Below are positions 19,854-30,049 of a stretch of DNA of 64,000 nucleotides, in pieces. The notes below the pieces were generated by a model. The model was given only the letters and a program-made list of their open reading frames with translations. It did not search any database and was not told the DNA's origin. Position 1 is the stretch's first letter. Every line of letters starts with the position of its first letter. Both the position numbers and the translations under genes were made by a program. The DNA comes from Alphaproteobacteria bacterium (GTDB lineage Bacteria; Pseudomonadota; Alphaproteobacteria; MPNO01), in assembly GCA_965248835.1 (NCBI GenBank), contig CBDFLJ010000002.1, forward strand, positions 608,001 to 672,000, given 5' to 3'.

Positions 19854-20951
19854 ATGACCGGCGCGGCCGAGGCGATCGATCTCAGGGTCGAAGGTATCGA
19901 GAAGTCCTTTGGCACGGTCCGCGCCGTCCGCGACTGCAATCTTACCGTGCGGCGCGGTGAAATGGTCGCCCTTCTCGGGCCGAGCGGCTGCGGCAAGACC
20001 ACGCTCTTAAACATCATCGCCGGTTTCGAGAGCTGCGACAGCGGCGATCTCTGGCTGCGCGGGGAATCGCTGCGGGACATCCCCCCGAACCACCGCAATA
20101 TCGGCATGGTGTTCCAGAGCTACGCGCTGTTCCCGCATCTGACGACCGCGGGCAATATCGGCTACGGGTTGCGCATCCGGCGTATGCCGGCGGACGACAT
20201 CCGGGCGCGGGTCGCGGAGGTCGTCGACCTCCTCAAGCTCAACGGGCTGGAGGAGCGCTACCCGTCGGAGCTGAGTGGCGGCCAGCAACAGCGGGTCGCC
20301 ATCGCCCGGGCGCTTGCCGTCAGACCGGTGATGCTGCTGCTGGACGAGGCGCTGAGTGCGCTCGACAAGAATTTGCGGGAACACATGCAGGTGGAGCTGT
20401 CGATCCTGCTGCGTCAGCTCGGCATCACCACCATCATCGTCACCCACGACCAGCGCGAGGCCTTCACCATCGCCGACCGGATCGCGGTCATGAGCGACGG
20501 CGAGATTCTCCAGATCGGCCCCCCCGAAGCGATTTATTCCGACCCCGAATCCTCTTTCGTCCTGGAGTTCGTGGGCTCCGCCAACACGCTCAAAGGGGTG
20601 ACGATCGCCACCGGCTCGGGGCTCGGGGTCAAGGCGGATTGCGGTCTGCTGCTTCCTTTGACCGACGGCCAGCGTCTGCAGCGCGGGCAGAAGGTCAACA
20701 TCTATGTCCGCTCCGAGGATATCGAGCTGTCCTCGGAGCCGACATCGGTGCACCGGGACAGTCCCGGGGTCGTTTCGCTCGCCCGCTTCATGGGGGCCAC
20801 GAAACGGCACGCCATCGATCTCGGCGGTGAGCAGGTAGTGCTGGACGGCCTGTCCAGCGGGGCTTCGGCGCGGTTCGAGCTCGGCGATCGGGTCTATATC
20901 GATATCGCGCCCGAGCGCTGCTACGTGCTGCCGGCCGACCCGCGCGCCTAG
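19854..20951 (+). CDS. ABC ATP-binding protein (PotA-like)
   Basis: GPSGCGKTT, VFQSYALFPH, LSGGQQQRVA. Confidence 0.93.
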   Translation: MTGAAEAIDLRVEGIEKSFGTVRAVRDCNLTVRRGEMVALLGPSGCGKTTLLNIIAGFESCDSGDLWLRGESLRDIPPNHRNIGMVFQSYALFPHLTTAGNIGYGLRIRRMPADDIRARVAEVVDLLKLNGLEERYPSELSGGQQQRVAIARALAVRPVMLLLDEALSALDKNLREHMQVELSILLRQLGITTIIVTHDQREAFTIADRIAVMSDGEILQIGPPEAIYSDPESSFVLEFVGSANTLKGVTIATGSGLGVKADCGLLLPLTDGQRLQRGQKVNIYVRSEDIELSSEPTSVHRDSPGVVSLARFMGATKRHAIDLGGEQVVLDGLSSGASARFELGDRVYIDIAPERCYVLPADPRA

Positions 20952-20953
20952 CC

Positions 20954-21877
20954 ATGGCCGTCGCCGTCGATTTGGCGCGAGGCCCGTCCAGAGCGGGCGC
21001 CCTGAGCCGCTGGCTGTTCCGCCGGCAGCAGCGCTTCGCGTGGCTTCTGCTCCTCCCGGTATTGGCGATCCTGGTTCCGCTGTTCCTGTTCCCGCTCGCG
21101 GTTCTGCTGCGCAACAGCCTCAACTGGGACGATCCCGCCGCCATCATGGTCGCGGACTTCACGTTCGCGAACTACGCGCGGATCCTCACCGACGGGTACT
21201 ATGCGAGCCTGTTCGGCAACAGCATGCTGGTTGCCGTCGGGGTGGCCGTCATCACGCTCGTCATCGGCTACCCGTTCGCCTATTACCTCGTGCGCTGGGC
21301 GGGGGAGAGGCGCAACCTCCTGCTCTGGATCGTCTACACGCCGCTGATCGTCAGCGTGATCACGCGGGTCTTCGGCTGGATGATCATCACCGCCGATAGC
21401 GGACTCATCAACACCATGCTGATCGCCGTCGGCGTCACCGAAGGGCCGGTGCATATCCTGTTCGAGGTAAGCGGCATGGTGATCGGCATGGTCCACCGCT
21501 ATCTGCCGCTGATGATCCTTCCGCTCGCCAACTCGATCGCCAAGATCGATCTGAGAATTCTGCTCGCCTCCACCAGCCTCGGGGCGGGCTCGGCGGCGAC
21601 GTTTGCGCGGGTGATCGTGCCGTTGAGCCTTCCCGGCATTTTCGCCGGGCTGCAGCTCGTCATCGCCGTCGTGTTAAGCGACTTCGTCCTGCCGACGCTG
21701 CTGGGCACGACGCGCTTCCGCATGCTGGCACCAGCCATCTACGACGAGGCGATCGCCAATGTCCGCTGGGCGAACTCGGCCGCGATGGCCATCCTGATGG
21801 TCGCCCTGGTGGTCCTCGTCCTCTTGTCGATGAACCTGGTGCTGCGCCGCGCGGCGCCGTGGGCAAAGAGCTTCTGA
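20954..21877 (+). CDS. ABC permease (PotB-like)
   Basis: IGYPFAY, GLIN, SLGA..TF.RVIVPLSLPG. Confidence 0.9.
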   Translation: MAVAVDLARGPSRAGALSRWLFRRQQRFAWLLLLPVLAILVPLFLFPLAVLLRNSLNWDDPAAIMVADFTFANYARILTDGYYASLFGNSMLVAVGVAVITLVIGYPFAYYLVRWAGERRNLLLWIVYTPLIVSVITRVFGWMIITADSGLINTMLIAVGVTEGPVHILFEVSGMVIGMVHRYLPLMILPLANSIAKIDLRILLASTSLGAGSAATFARVIVPLSLPGIFAGLQLVIAVVLSDFVLPTLLGTTRFRMLAPAIYDEAIANVRWANSAAMAILMVALVVLVLLSMNLVLRRAAPWAKSF

Positions 21878-21902
21878 TGCGGCGGCGCCGGGAGAAGACG
21901 GG

Positions 21903-22691
21903 ATGAGCAGGGCGGCGCCCCCCTTTCTCACCGCCTATATCGGGCTGGTGACGGTCTTCCTGCTGGGACCCATCGTGGTTGCCATCGTCCTCTCGTTCAG
22001 CAATGTCTCGCAATTGGTGTTTCCGCCGCCCGGCTTCAGCCTCCAATGGTACGAGGTGGCGTGGGACAATCGCAAATTTGTCGACGGTTTCGTGGTCAGC
22101 ACGATCATCGCAGCCATCAGCAGCGCGATGGCGGGGGTGGCGGGAACGCTGGCGGCCATCGCTATCAACAACTACCGCTTCTTCGGGCGCTCGGCTGTTC
22201 AGTCCCTGGTGATCATGCCGCTGATCATCCCGGCGGTGGTGGTCGGGCTCGGGCTGCTGCAAACCCTGTCCTCAGTCGGCATCCGCCCCGGCATCCTTGC
22301 CGCTTCGCTCGGGCACAGCATCATCGGGATACCCTATGTGGTCTATCTGGTGCTGGCGGCCCTGTCGGGATACGACATCCGGCTGGAGCACGCGGCGCAG
22401 TCGCTCGGAGCTTCGCGGCTAAGAACCTTCCTCGACATTGCCTATCCGGCCGTCCGGCCCGGCATGATCGCGGGCGTTGCCTTCGCCTTCCTGATGTCCT
22501 TCGACAATGTCGCAATGTCGATCTTCCTCGCGCGCGGGAACCCGCTGCCGCTGCGCCTGATGCAGCACATCCAGTACTACGCCGATCCCAGCGTGGCGGC
22601 GGTATCGACCGTTCTCGTGGTGATTTCCCTTTTCGGGCTTGTCCTGTTCGGACGGATGCTGCGCAAGCGGCACATCGGCAATCTCGCCTGA
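21903..22691 (+). CDS. ABC permease (PotC-like)
   Basis: FPPPGFSLQWY, LEHAAQSLGA, FAFLMSFD. Confidence 0.9.
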   Translation: MSRAAPPFLTAYIGLVTVFLLGPIVVAIVLSFSNVSQLVFPPPGFSLQWYEVAWDNRKFVDGFVVSTIIAAISSAMAGVAGTLAAIAINNYRFFGRSAVQSLVIMPLIIPAVVVGLGLLQTLSSVGIRPGILAASLGHSIIGIPYVVYLVLAALSGYDIRLEHAAQSLGASRLRTFLDIAYPAVRPGMIAGVAFAFLMSFDNVAMSIFLARGNPLPLRLMQHIQYYADPSVAAVSTVLVVISLFGLVLFGRMLRKRHIGNLA

Positions 22692-22899
22692 GCCCGAGGG
22701 TTGCCTGCACGCGCTCACCGGGTCTGAGCGGGGAGAGCGTCGCGTCGAGAAGCTCGGGAGCACACAGTCGTCGGCTCGGAAGACGCGTCGTGAGGGGTAC
22801 AGGAGAACACCCGCAGGCGTCTCGTGCTCGACAGGAGGCGGTTGCAGCCATCCCCGGCCGCGCAATACGCCTCCGGATCCACGCAGCTGGACGGCCCGC

Positions 22900-23130
22900 C
22901 TAGCCGGCCGCCAGGGCGGCCATGCGCTCGCGGTCGAGGACGGCCCCGTGGCTCACCACATGGGCGGGCGCGCGGTGGTTGCGCAGCGCCTCGACCGTGT
23001 TCGGTTCCCCCAGCACCACCAGATGAGCGGGATTGCCCGGCGCCAGGGCGAAATCCGCGACATTCATCGCGCGAGCGGCATCCACCGTCACCAGGTCGTA
23101 GAGCCGGTCGATCTCCTCGCGTGCGGTCAT
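22900..23130 (-). pseudogene. C-terminal remnant of a cytosine deaminase-like amidohydrolase
   Basis: VT..AARAM, LAPGNPAHLVVL, VVSHG; N-terminal part absent. Confidence 0.65.
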
Positions 23131-23434
23131 CCAGAGCAGGTGGGAGCCAAGCGATCGAGCTCATCCCGCGTTACCACACCACGCGCGATGGCGTCAGAGA
23201 ATAGCTCTGCCAGCTCCGCCAGTTCCTCGGCGAAAACCTGGGCGAGCCGGTCGCCCACCGTCTCGCTGGGCACCGGGATCTTATGGTTGGGGCTGTCCCA
23301 GAAAATGCCGATGGCAAAAAGCTGACTGCCATAAGCCGCGCCGTAGGCACCCCACGGTTGCTTCAGGTATCCGCTCTCACTCCCAGGATCGGCTGCCACA
23401 GCAAAATCGATGCTCTCTCCGACCCTGTCTTCAT

Positions 23435-23670
23435 AGGCCCTACCCGCCCATACCATCCCTGGGCAAATGCCGCGTAGCCCAACGCGGTCCTGTGGTCGTC
23501 GGCGAGGCGCACGACCGATACCCGGTAGCCGATCGTCCCGCTCCGGTTTCCGGGTCCGTGTTCCGCGATGAACACCGCGCCCCGATACGTTTGCGGCACA
23601 TTGGTTCCTGAATGGATGGCCAGGCCGAGCGGCGCCACATGCGCCGCCAAGGCCTGGGCAGGCGGCTCGG
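23435..23670 (-). pseudogene. Internal fragment of a PQQ-dependent sugar (sorbosone) dehydrogenase
   Basis: AHVAPLGL...YRGAVFIAEHG..NRS..IGYRV...FAQGW. Confidence 0.75.
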
Positions 23671-23718
23671 TATACCCAAATCGGTCCTTGCGTTCCGGGA
23701 GGCGTCCATACAAACGAC

Positions 23719-23960
23719 ATGGATGTCTTCATCGGTCTCGACGTATCGCTGGCAAGCAAGGCTATCTGCGTTCTCGGCGAGAAGGGCAAGATCGTGACGG
23801 AGGCGCAAGTCGCCAGCGCACCCGAATCGCTCGTTGCGTTCATGCGCAAGCTGCCGCACGGGATCGCTGCGATCGGCCTCGAAGCCGGCCCGCTGTCTCA
23901 TTGGCTGCACAAGGGGCTGAGCGTCGCCGGTTTCGAGACCGTGTTGATGGAGAAGCGACA
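23719..23960 (+). mobile_element. IS110-family transposase N-terminal fragment
   Basis: FIGLDVS...ICV, IGLEAGPLS.WL (RuvC-like DEDD start). Confidence 0.85.
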
Positions 23961-24254
23961 CGCCGCGATGTGCGATCTCATGGGGTCGGTGAGAGATAGG
24001 CCGACGGGAGCGAAGCGACCGAGCCGGGGTTGCGGGTCAGCGCGGATTTGAAGTGCTGGACCTGCAAGCGTAACGCGCAGCGAGCGTGAGCGAGCGTAGG
24101 CGACAGGGACCGTCACCCGAAGGGCTTCGTGGAGCCGGGCGGGGCGAAGCCGCGCCCGGCGGAATAGAGCCCGGCGCCCGGTCCTTGGACCGGGCGGGCG
24201 CTCCGATCATGCCGGTCGGACAGAGGGCGATATCCGGTCGTCGTAATCGGCGGC

Positions 24255-24330
24255 GCCGGCGCAAGCCGGAAGCGGACTTGCGGGAAGTGCTGAACGCGAT
24301 CCGCTACATGACCCGCACGGGCGGTGGCAT
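24255..24330 (+). mobile_element. IS5-family transposase micro-fragment
   Basis: DLREVLNAIRYMTRTG matches the IS5 N-terminal (DUF4096) motif. Confidence 0.55.
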
Positions 24331-25404
24331 GTATGACCTGCGGACGACGCAACATGTCAACGATCCAACCACGGCGAAGAACCGCGTCGCCAAGTTTTAC
24401 AAGAACGGCAACCGGAAGTTCGCCCATGAGGAGTCGAGGAAAATCCATGCCTACGGGGAGCACGGTGGCTGGGTCCATCTGGTCCGAACCTCGGACATCG
24501 GCCTGACCTGCATTTTCGCGATGGTGGGGTTCCTCAGCGACCCGGCGAAACCGCACAGCCACATCACCGATGAGCATTACGACACGAGCGTCGATTTCCA
24601 CGACTGTTCCGCCGACCGATCGCTCGATGAGGTGGTGGCCTTCCTCAAGGGGCTCAAGATCGTCCCGCCCGGGTACAACAGAAGCGTCGCGGGGAGCTGA
24701 AACCTTGGGCGTTTTTACGGGCCAGACAACCGGGAGGTCGGCGGCGTCTTCGACGCGCAACCGGATCGTCGCGGCGTGCGGGGTCAAACGCTACCAGCAC
24801 ATTGTCCGATCACTCGCGATCATATCCCGCGGCAGCGAAGTAGTTTTGGCACGGTACGCCGCCCCGGTTATCAGAGGCCTGCCGTTGCCAGGCGTCCGGC
24901 CAAAATGCGCAAGAGCGCGGCGTCGGGGCAGAGCATATCTCGACGCCGGATCGTGTCCCGCGCCGTGGTGTGCGCCCTTAGTTCGAAAACTTTCGGTACT
25001 GTGACAGTGCCGTAGGGTCGTAGTGTCTCCCTGTATCGCTGTGGTACTACAATGGCTTAGGGTCTCTGTCAATAGAGGATGGGACCGATTTGAATAACAC
25101 AGATGTGGATCCTGTGTCGCTGCATAGTTGCATTCGGGGAAGTGGGATATGGAATTCGCCCTGGAACATCCGTATGATCCTGATGGAGGAACAGATTGGC
25201 CCCTGTGAGCAACACAGAACCGGCACAATAGGTTCGTCGCTGTGAGGATAATCATAGGAATATAGATGGCCATGCTTCCGAGGTCGGGATCCAGTGTGTC
25301 GCTACCGCTGCAAACCGTTTCGGGCGGATGGCGACGATGAAGGAGGATGCCAGCGGGCGCCGCCAGCGCTCGCCGTTGCCGCCCGGCCGATCCGTTCCCA
25401 CTCC

Positions 25405-25535
25405 ACATCGGTCGCCACCACCGCTTCCAGACGAGCACGGTCGGCGACGCAAACCTCGAAGGTAATCCCTGTGCGCATGCCCCAAGACTCGCACATACGC
25501 TCCGACAAGGGAATCCTCCGTTAGATTTCATCCAC
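25405..25535 (-). mobile_element. Left-end remnant of IS630 type B (same as 35544-36680)
   Basis: GTGGATGAAATCTAACGG end and MRTGITFEVCVADRARLE, nearly identical to the 35544 copy. Confidence 0.85.
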
Positions 25536-25678
25536 TAGAGCATTTTCTGAGCTTTGGGAATCGAGAGGGATTGAACGAACCCGCTGTCGCGGGACAGGAG
25601 AGGGCGGATAGGGGGAAGGTCTCCGGTCTGAGAGGATTGCGGTTGTTGAAGCCCGACCTTCCAGACAGGAGCCCCCCG

Positions 25679-26539
25679 ATGGCCGAGATGAGCCCTCTAC
25701 GCCGACGCATGACCGAGGACATGACGGTCCGCAATCTGTCGCCGGCGACGCAACGATCCTACCTGCACGCGGTCGCGAAGTTCAGCCGGTATTTCGGCCG
25801 CTCGCCGGATCGGCTGGGTCTGGAGGACGTGCGTGCCTTCCAGGTCCACCTGGTCTCGATCGGCATCTCGTGGCCGGCGCTGAACCAGACGGTCTGCGCC
25901 TTACGGTTCTTCTATGGCGTCACGCTCGACCACGGCGAGATCCCCGAGCGCATCCCCTACGCGCGCGCGCCGCGCAAGCTGCCGGTGGTGCTGAATGCCG
26001 ACGAAGTCGTGCGGTTTCTGGAGGCGGTGCCGAGCTTGAAGGCCCGTGCCGCGCTGACGACGGCTTATGCCGCCGGGCTGCGCGCGTCCGAGGTGGTGAG
26101 GCTCAGGGTGGCCGATATCGACAGCGGCCGGATGGTCATCCGGGTCGAGCACGGCAAGGGCGGCAAGGATCGCACCGTGATGTTGTCGGCGCAGTTGCTC
26201 GGCATCCTGCGCACCTACTGGCGTCTCGCCCGGCCCGAGCATTGGCTGTTTCCCGGCCGGGACGAGACCAAGCCGATCGACGTCCAGGTGTTACATGCCG
26301 CTTGCCGATCGGCCCGTGCCGCGGCCGGCCTGGCCAAGCGGGTCACGGTGCACACGCTGCGCCACAGCTTCGCGACGCACCTGCTGGAGAGCGGCACCGA
26401 CATCCGCATTATCCAGGCCCTGCTGGGGCACGCCAACCTGTCGAGCACGGCGCGCTACACGCGGGTCTCGAACCGCCTCATCGGGCGGACGGAGAGCCCG
26501 CTCGACCGACTGACGCTGGAGGTGGTGCCACCCGTCTGA
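25679..26539 (+). CDS. Tyrosine recombinase (XerD/IntI-like) of the IS91-like element
   Basis: GLRASE, KGGKDR, HTLRHSFATH, LLGH, TARY catalytic residues. Confidence 0.95.
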   Translation: MAEMSPLRRRMTEDMTVRNLSPATQRSYLHAVAKFSRYFGRSPDRLGLEDVRAFQVHLVSIGISWPALNQTVCALRFFYGVTLDHGEIPERIPYARAPRKLPVVLNADEVVRFLEAVPSLKARAALTTAYAAGLRASEVVRLRVADIDSGRMVIRVEHGKGGKDRTVMLSAQLLGILRTYWRLARPEHWLFPGRDETKPIDVQVLHAACRSARAAAGLAKRVTVHTLRHSFATHLLESGTDIRIIQALLGHANLSSTARYTRVSNRLIGRTESPLDRLTLEVVPPV

Positions 26540-26548
26540 TCCGGCGCC

Positions 26549-27727
26549 ATGTCGGCCGGTCTAGAAGTGGCGGACGTCTTGCGCCGCCACGGCGACGCCT
26601 ATCGCCGCGCGCACGATGGTCATTTGGGCCGCGTCGAGCGGCGGGTGATGAGCGCCATCGCGCTGTGCCGGACGGCGGCGCTGGGCGGCCACACCGAGTT
26701 CTGCTCCGATTGCGGCCTCATACGTCATTCCTATAACTCCTGCCGCAACCGGCACTGTCCGAAGTGCCAGGGACAGGCGCGTGCCGCATGGCTCGAGGCC
26801 CGGCAGGCCGAGCTGCTGGCGGCGCCGTACTTCCACGTCGTGTTCACGCTGCCCGCACCGGTGGCCGAGATCGCCTTCCAGAACAAGGAGACGGTCTACG
26901 CCGTCCTGTTCCGAACCGCCGCCGAGACGCTGCGCAGGATCGCCGCCGACCCGAAGCATCTCGGCGCCGAGATCGGCCTCGTCGCCGTGCTCCATACCTG
27001 GGGCCAGACCCTGCACCATCATCCGCATGTCCATTGCGTCGTGCCGGGCGGCGGCCCATCTCCAGATGGCTCGCGCTGGGTGCCGTGCCGGCCGGGGTTC
27101 TTCCTGCCGGTCCGCGTGCTCTCGCGCCTCTTCCGCCGCCTGTTCCTCGACGCACTGCACGCCGCCTTCGAGGCCGGCGGTCTGGGCTTCTTTGGCGCGC
27201 TCGCCGGGCTCGCGGATCCTGAGGCCTTCATTAGCCGCCTCCGCGAGTTGCGTCGCCTCGAATGGGTCGTATACGCCAAGCCGCCCTTCGGCGGCCCCGA
27301 GCAGGTCTTCGCCTATCTCGGCCGCTACACCCATCGGGTCGCGATCGCCAACTCCCGGTTGGTCGGCGTAACCGATGACGAGGTCGCCTTCCGCTGGAAG
27401 GACTATCGCCACCATGGCAAGACGAAGGTCATGACCCTGGACGCAGACGAGTTCATCCGCCGCTTTCTACTGCACACCCTGCCGGACGGCTTCCATCGCA
27501 TCCGCCACTACGGCTTCCTCGCCAACGGACACCGCGCGGCGAAGCTCGCGCTTTGCCGCAAACTGCTCGACGCCCCGCCACCGCAACCGGCCGCCGAGCA
27601 GGCCAGGGACACCGTCCCGGCTCACCCGCCCGACCGCTGCCCGTGCTGCAACGGCACCATGATCATCCTCACCATCCTGCCCCGGCCGGAGCCATGCCGG
27701 CCATCCTTCTGGCAGGACAGCTCATGA
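26549..27727 (+). CDS. IS91-family (Y2/HUH) transposase
   Basis: CRNRHCPKCQ zinc finger, HVVFTLP, HPHVH HUH motif, YLGRY Y2 motif, HRIRHYG. Confidence 0.95.
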   Translation: MSAGLEVADVLRRHGDAYRRAHDGHLGRVERRVMSAIALCRTAALGGHTEFCSDCGLIRHSYNSCRNRHCPKCQGQARAAWLEARQAELLAAPYFHVVFTLPAPVAEIAFQNKETVYAVLFRTAAETLRRIAADPKHLGAEIGLVAVLHTWGQTLHHHPHVHCVVPGGGPSPDGSRWVPCRPGFFLPVRVLSRLFRRLFLDALHAAFEAGGLGFFGALAGLADPEAFISRLRELRRLEWVVYAKPPFGGPEQVFAYLGRYTHRVAIANSRLVGVTDDEVAFRWKDYRHHGKTKVMTLDADEFIRRFLLHTLPDGFHRIRHYGFLANGHRAAKLALCRKLLDAPPPQPAAEQARDTVPAHPPDRCPCCNGTMIILTILPRPEPCRPSFWQDSS

Positions 27728-28142
27728 CACTCCGCCCGTCGGACAGCACCGGACCACAAATGCCCAGCACCCTGCACGTCGGATACCGAGCCGGTCTATC
27801 CCGCGACGCTGCCCGCCTCGCACGACGCCACAATCGTAGCCGCCGAAGTGAAGCCGCAGCCCGTCGTCCGGACCGGCATCCCAGACCCGGCCGCCACCCA
27901 CTCGATGAGGCCGATCCGTCAGACATGCCACCGGTCCATTCCGGCCTCTCGGACCAGGCGCCGCAGCCACAATCCCCATAGCCCGCCCGCCATCCCGCGG
28001 CTTCGTTCAATCCGGCTTCAATCAGGTCGCGTCCCGCGCCATCCTCCGCCGTTCGAGCGGCGCGACCTCACAGAACCCTCCAGATTCCCCGGAGGGCGGA
28101 TATGTGATTCAAGATGCGTGCTGGAGAAGGAGGCCAGCATGC

Positions 28143-29091
28143 ATGGCGAAATCTCTTTCCAAGGATCTTCGAGAGCGGCTTGTCGCGGCGGTTGAAGGCG
28201 GGATGACACGGCGCTCGGCGGCGCAACGCTTCGGGGTGGCGGCTTCGACGGCGATCAAATGGGTCGATCGGTGGCGACGGACCGGCGATGTCGGGCCGCG
28301 GCCGCGGGGCGGCGATCACCGCTCGCACCGGATCGAGGCCCATGGCGAGGAGATCCTGGCCCTGATCGAGGAGACGCCGGACATCACCTTGGCGGAGCTG
28401 GCCGAGCATCTCGCCGCGGCCCACGGTGTGGTGGTCGCGCAGAGCACGATCTGGCGCCTGCTCGAGCGTCGCGGGATGACGTTCAAAAAAAACCGCGCAC
28501 GCCAGCGAGCAACAGCGCCCTGAGATCGTGCGACGGCGCCGCGCCCGGTTCGAGGCCCAGCCGGACCTGGAGCCCGAGCGACTGGTCTTCATCGACGAAA
28601 CCGGCGCCTCGACCAAAATGGCGCGGCGCTATGGCCGGGCACCGCGCGGCGAGCGGTGTCGCGCCCCGGTGCCCCATGGCCATTGGAAGACCACCACTTT
28701 CGTCGGCGCGCTTCGGCTGCACGGCATGACCGCGCCCATGGTGCTCGACGGCGCCATGAACGGCGCGGCCTTCCTGGCCTATGTCCAGCACGTGCTGGTG
28801 CCAACACTGGCCCCCGGTGACATCGTCGTGATGGACAACCTGCCCGCCCACAAGCCGGTCGCCGTGCGCCATGCCATCGAAGGCGCCGGCGCGGAGATGC
28901 GTTTCCTGCCGCCCTACAGCCCCGACTTCAATCCGATCGAGATGGCCTTCTCCAAGCTCAAGGCCTTCCTCGAAAAGGCCGCCGCGAGAACCGTCGACGA
29001 CCTCTGGGATGCTATCGCCAATGGCATCGACAGCTTCACACCAACCGAATGCCAAAACTACTTCGCTGCCGCCGGATATGACCGTGAATGA
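28143..29091 (+). CDS. IS630 transposase (orfA/orfB joined by a frameshift at an A8 tract near 28485)
   Basis: HTH orfA; [29 protein letters not shown] motifs. Confidence 0.9.
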
Positions 29092-29106
29092 TCGAAAAAT
29101 GCTCTA

Positions 29107-29943
29107 GGCTCTGGACCCATAAAAGCGCTTTATGATTCTGTTTGGATCTGATTCAAGCTTCCAAACCATGGGAGCTTGAGGATGTCGGAGAGCTTTTGGC
29201 TGAGCGATGAGCAGTTTGGACGTCTGGCGCCGTTGTTGCCGACGGACACGCGCGGCGTGCCGCGGGTTGACGACCGGCGGGTGATATCGGGGATCATCCA
29301 TGTTCTTCAATCGGGCTGCCGGTGGAGGGATGCGCCGGCGGAATACGGCCCTCACAAGACGCTGTACAACCGCTTTGTCCGCTGGGCGCGCAAGGGTGTA
29401 TGGCAGGGCGTCTTCGTGCGGTTGGCGGAGGCTGGTGGACCGCCAGCGGCGGTGATGCTGGATTCGACCCATGTCAAGGCACACCGTTCGGCAGCAGGCG
29501 GAAAAGGGGGGCCGAGATCCAGGCGATCGGCCGCTCGCGGGGTGGGCGCACGACCAAGATCCATGCCGCCGTCGACGAGCACGGCCGGGCGCGACGGCTG
29601 ATCGTCGGGGCGGGCCATCGCGGCGACGCACCGATGGCGGCGCGCCTGATCGGAGCGATGGCGCCCGGCCTGTGTATCGCCGATACCGCCTACGACAGCG
29701 ACGCGCTCCGCGACCTGCTTCTCGACCGGGGCACCATCCCGGTCATCCCCAACAATCCGACCCGCAAACGGCATCACCCGTTCGACCGTCAGGCCTACCG
29801 TCTGCGCAACGTCATCGAACGTGCCTTCGCCCGACTCAAGGACTGGCGCCGGATCGCCACCCGATACGACAAACTCGCCCTGACCTACACCGCCGCCGTC
29901 ACCATCGCCGCCATCGTCATTTGTTGGTTATGAGTCTGGAGCC
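29107..29943 (+). mobile_element. IS5-family element (frameshifted orfA/orfB, 29182-29933)
   Basis: IRs GGCTCTGGACCCATAA / TTATGAGTCTGGAGCC flanked by TA; DSTHVKAH, GRSRGG.TTKIH, ADTAYD, RRIATRYDK. Confidence 0.92.
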
Positions 29944-30049
29944 TAGTGCAATTCGGTTTGCCGAAAGTCGAGTCGTGATCTAGACTTTGTTCGCCGGGTT
30001 CCGATTCGGCCACCAAGGGATGTTACGGGACCGGGAAGGGAGACTTGAG

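Larger units (their letters stand above)
25569..28082 (+). mobile_element. IS91-like element with upstream tyrosine recombinase (2514 bp)
   Basis: Ends defined by comparison with the empty IS630 at 34456 and the second copy at 47054-49567; starts GATTGAAC and is followed by GATT. Confidence 0.88.
25538..29104 (+). mobile_element. IS630 type A carrying a nested IS91-like element (composite copy 1)
   Basis: GAGCATTTT/AAAATGCTC terminal IRs flanked by TA; orfA/orfB at 28143-29091; insert at 25569-28082. Confidence 0.92.

Noticed and set aside
25200-25275. LTATNLLCRFC on the minus strand as the missing radical SAM CxxxCxxC N-terminus
   Set aside because: Only two Cys, wrong spacing and no further similarity; probably chance.
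25679-26539. Integron integrase with a cassette array
   Set aside because: No IntI-specific insertion and no attC array; it is the passenger recombinase of an IS91-like element.
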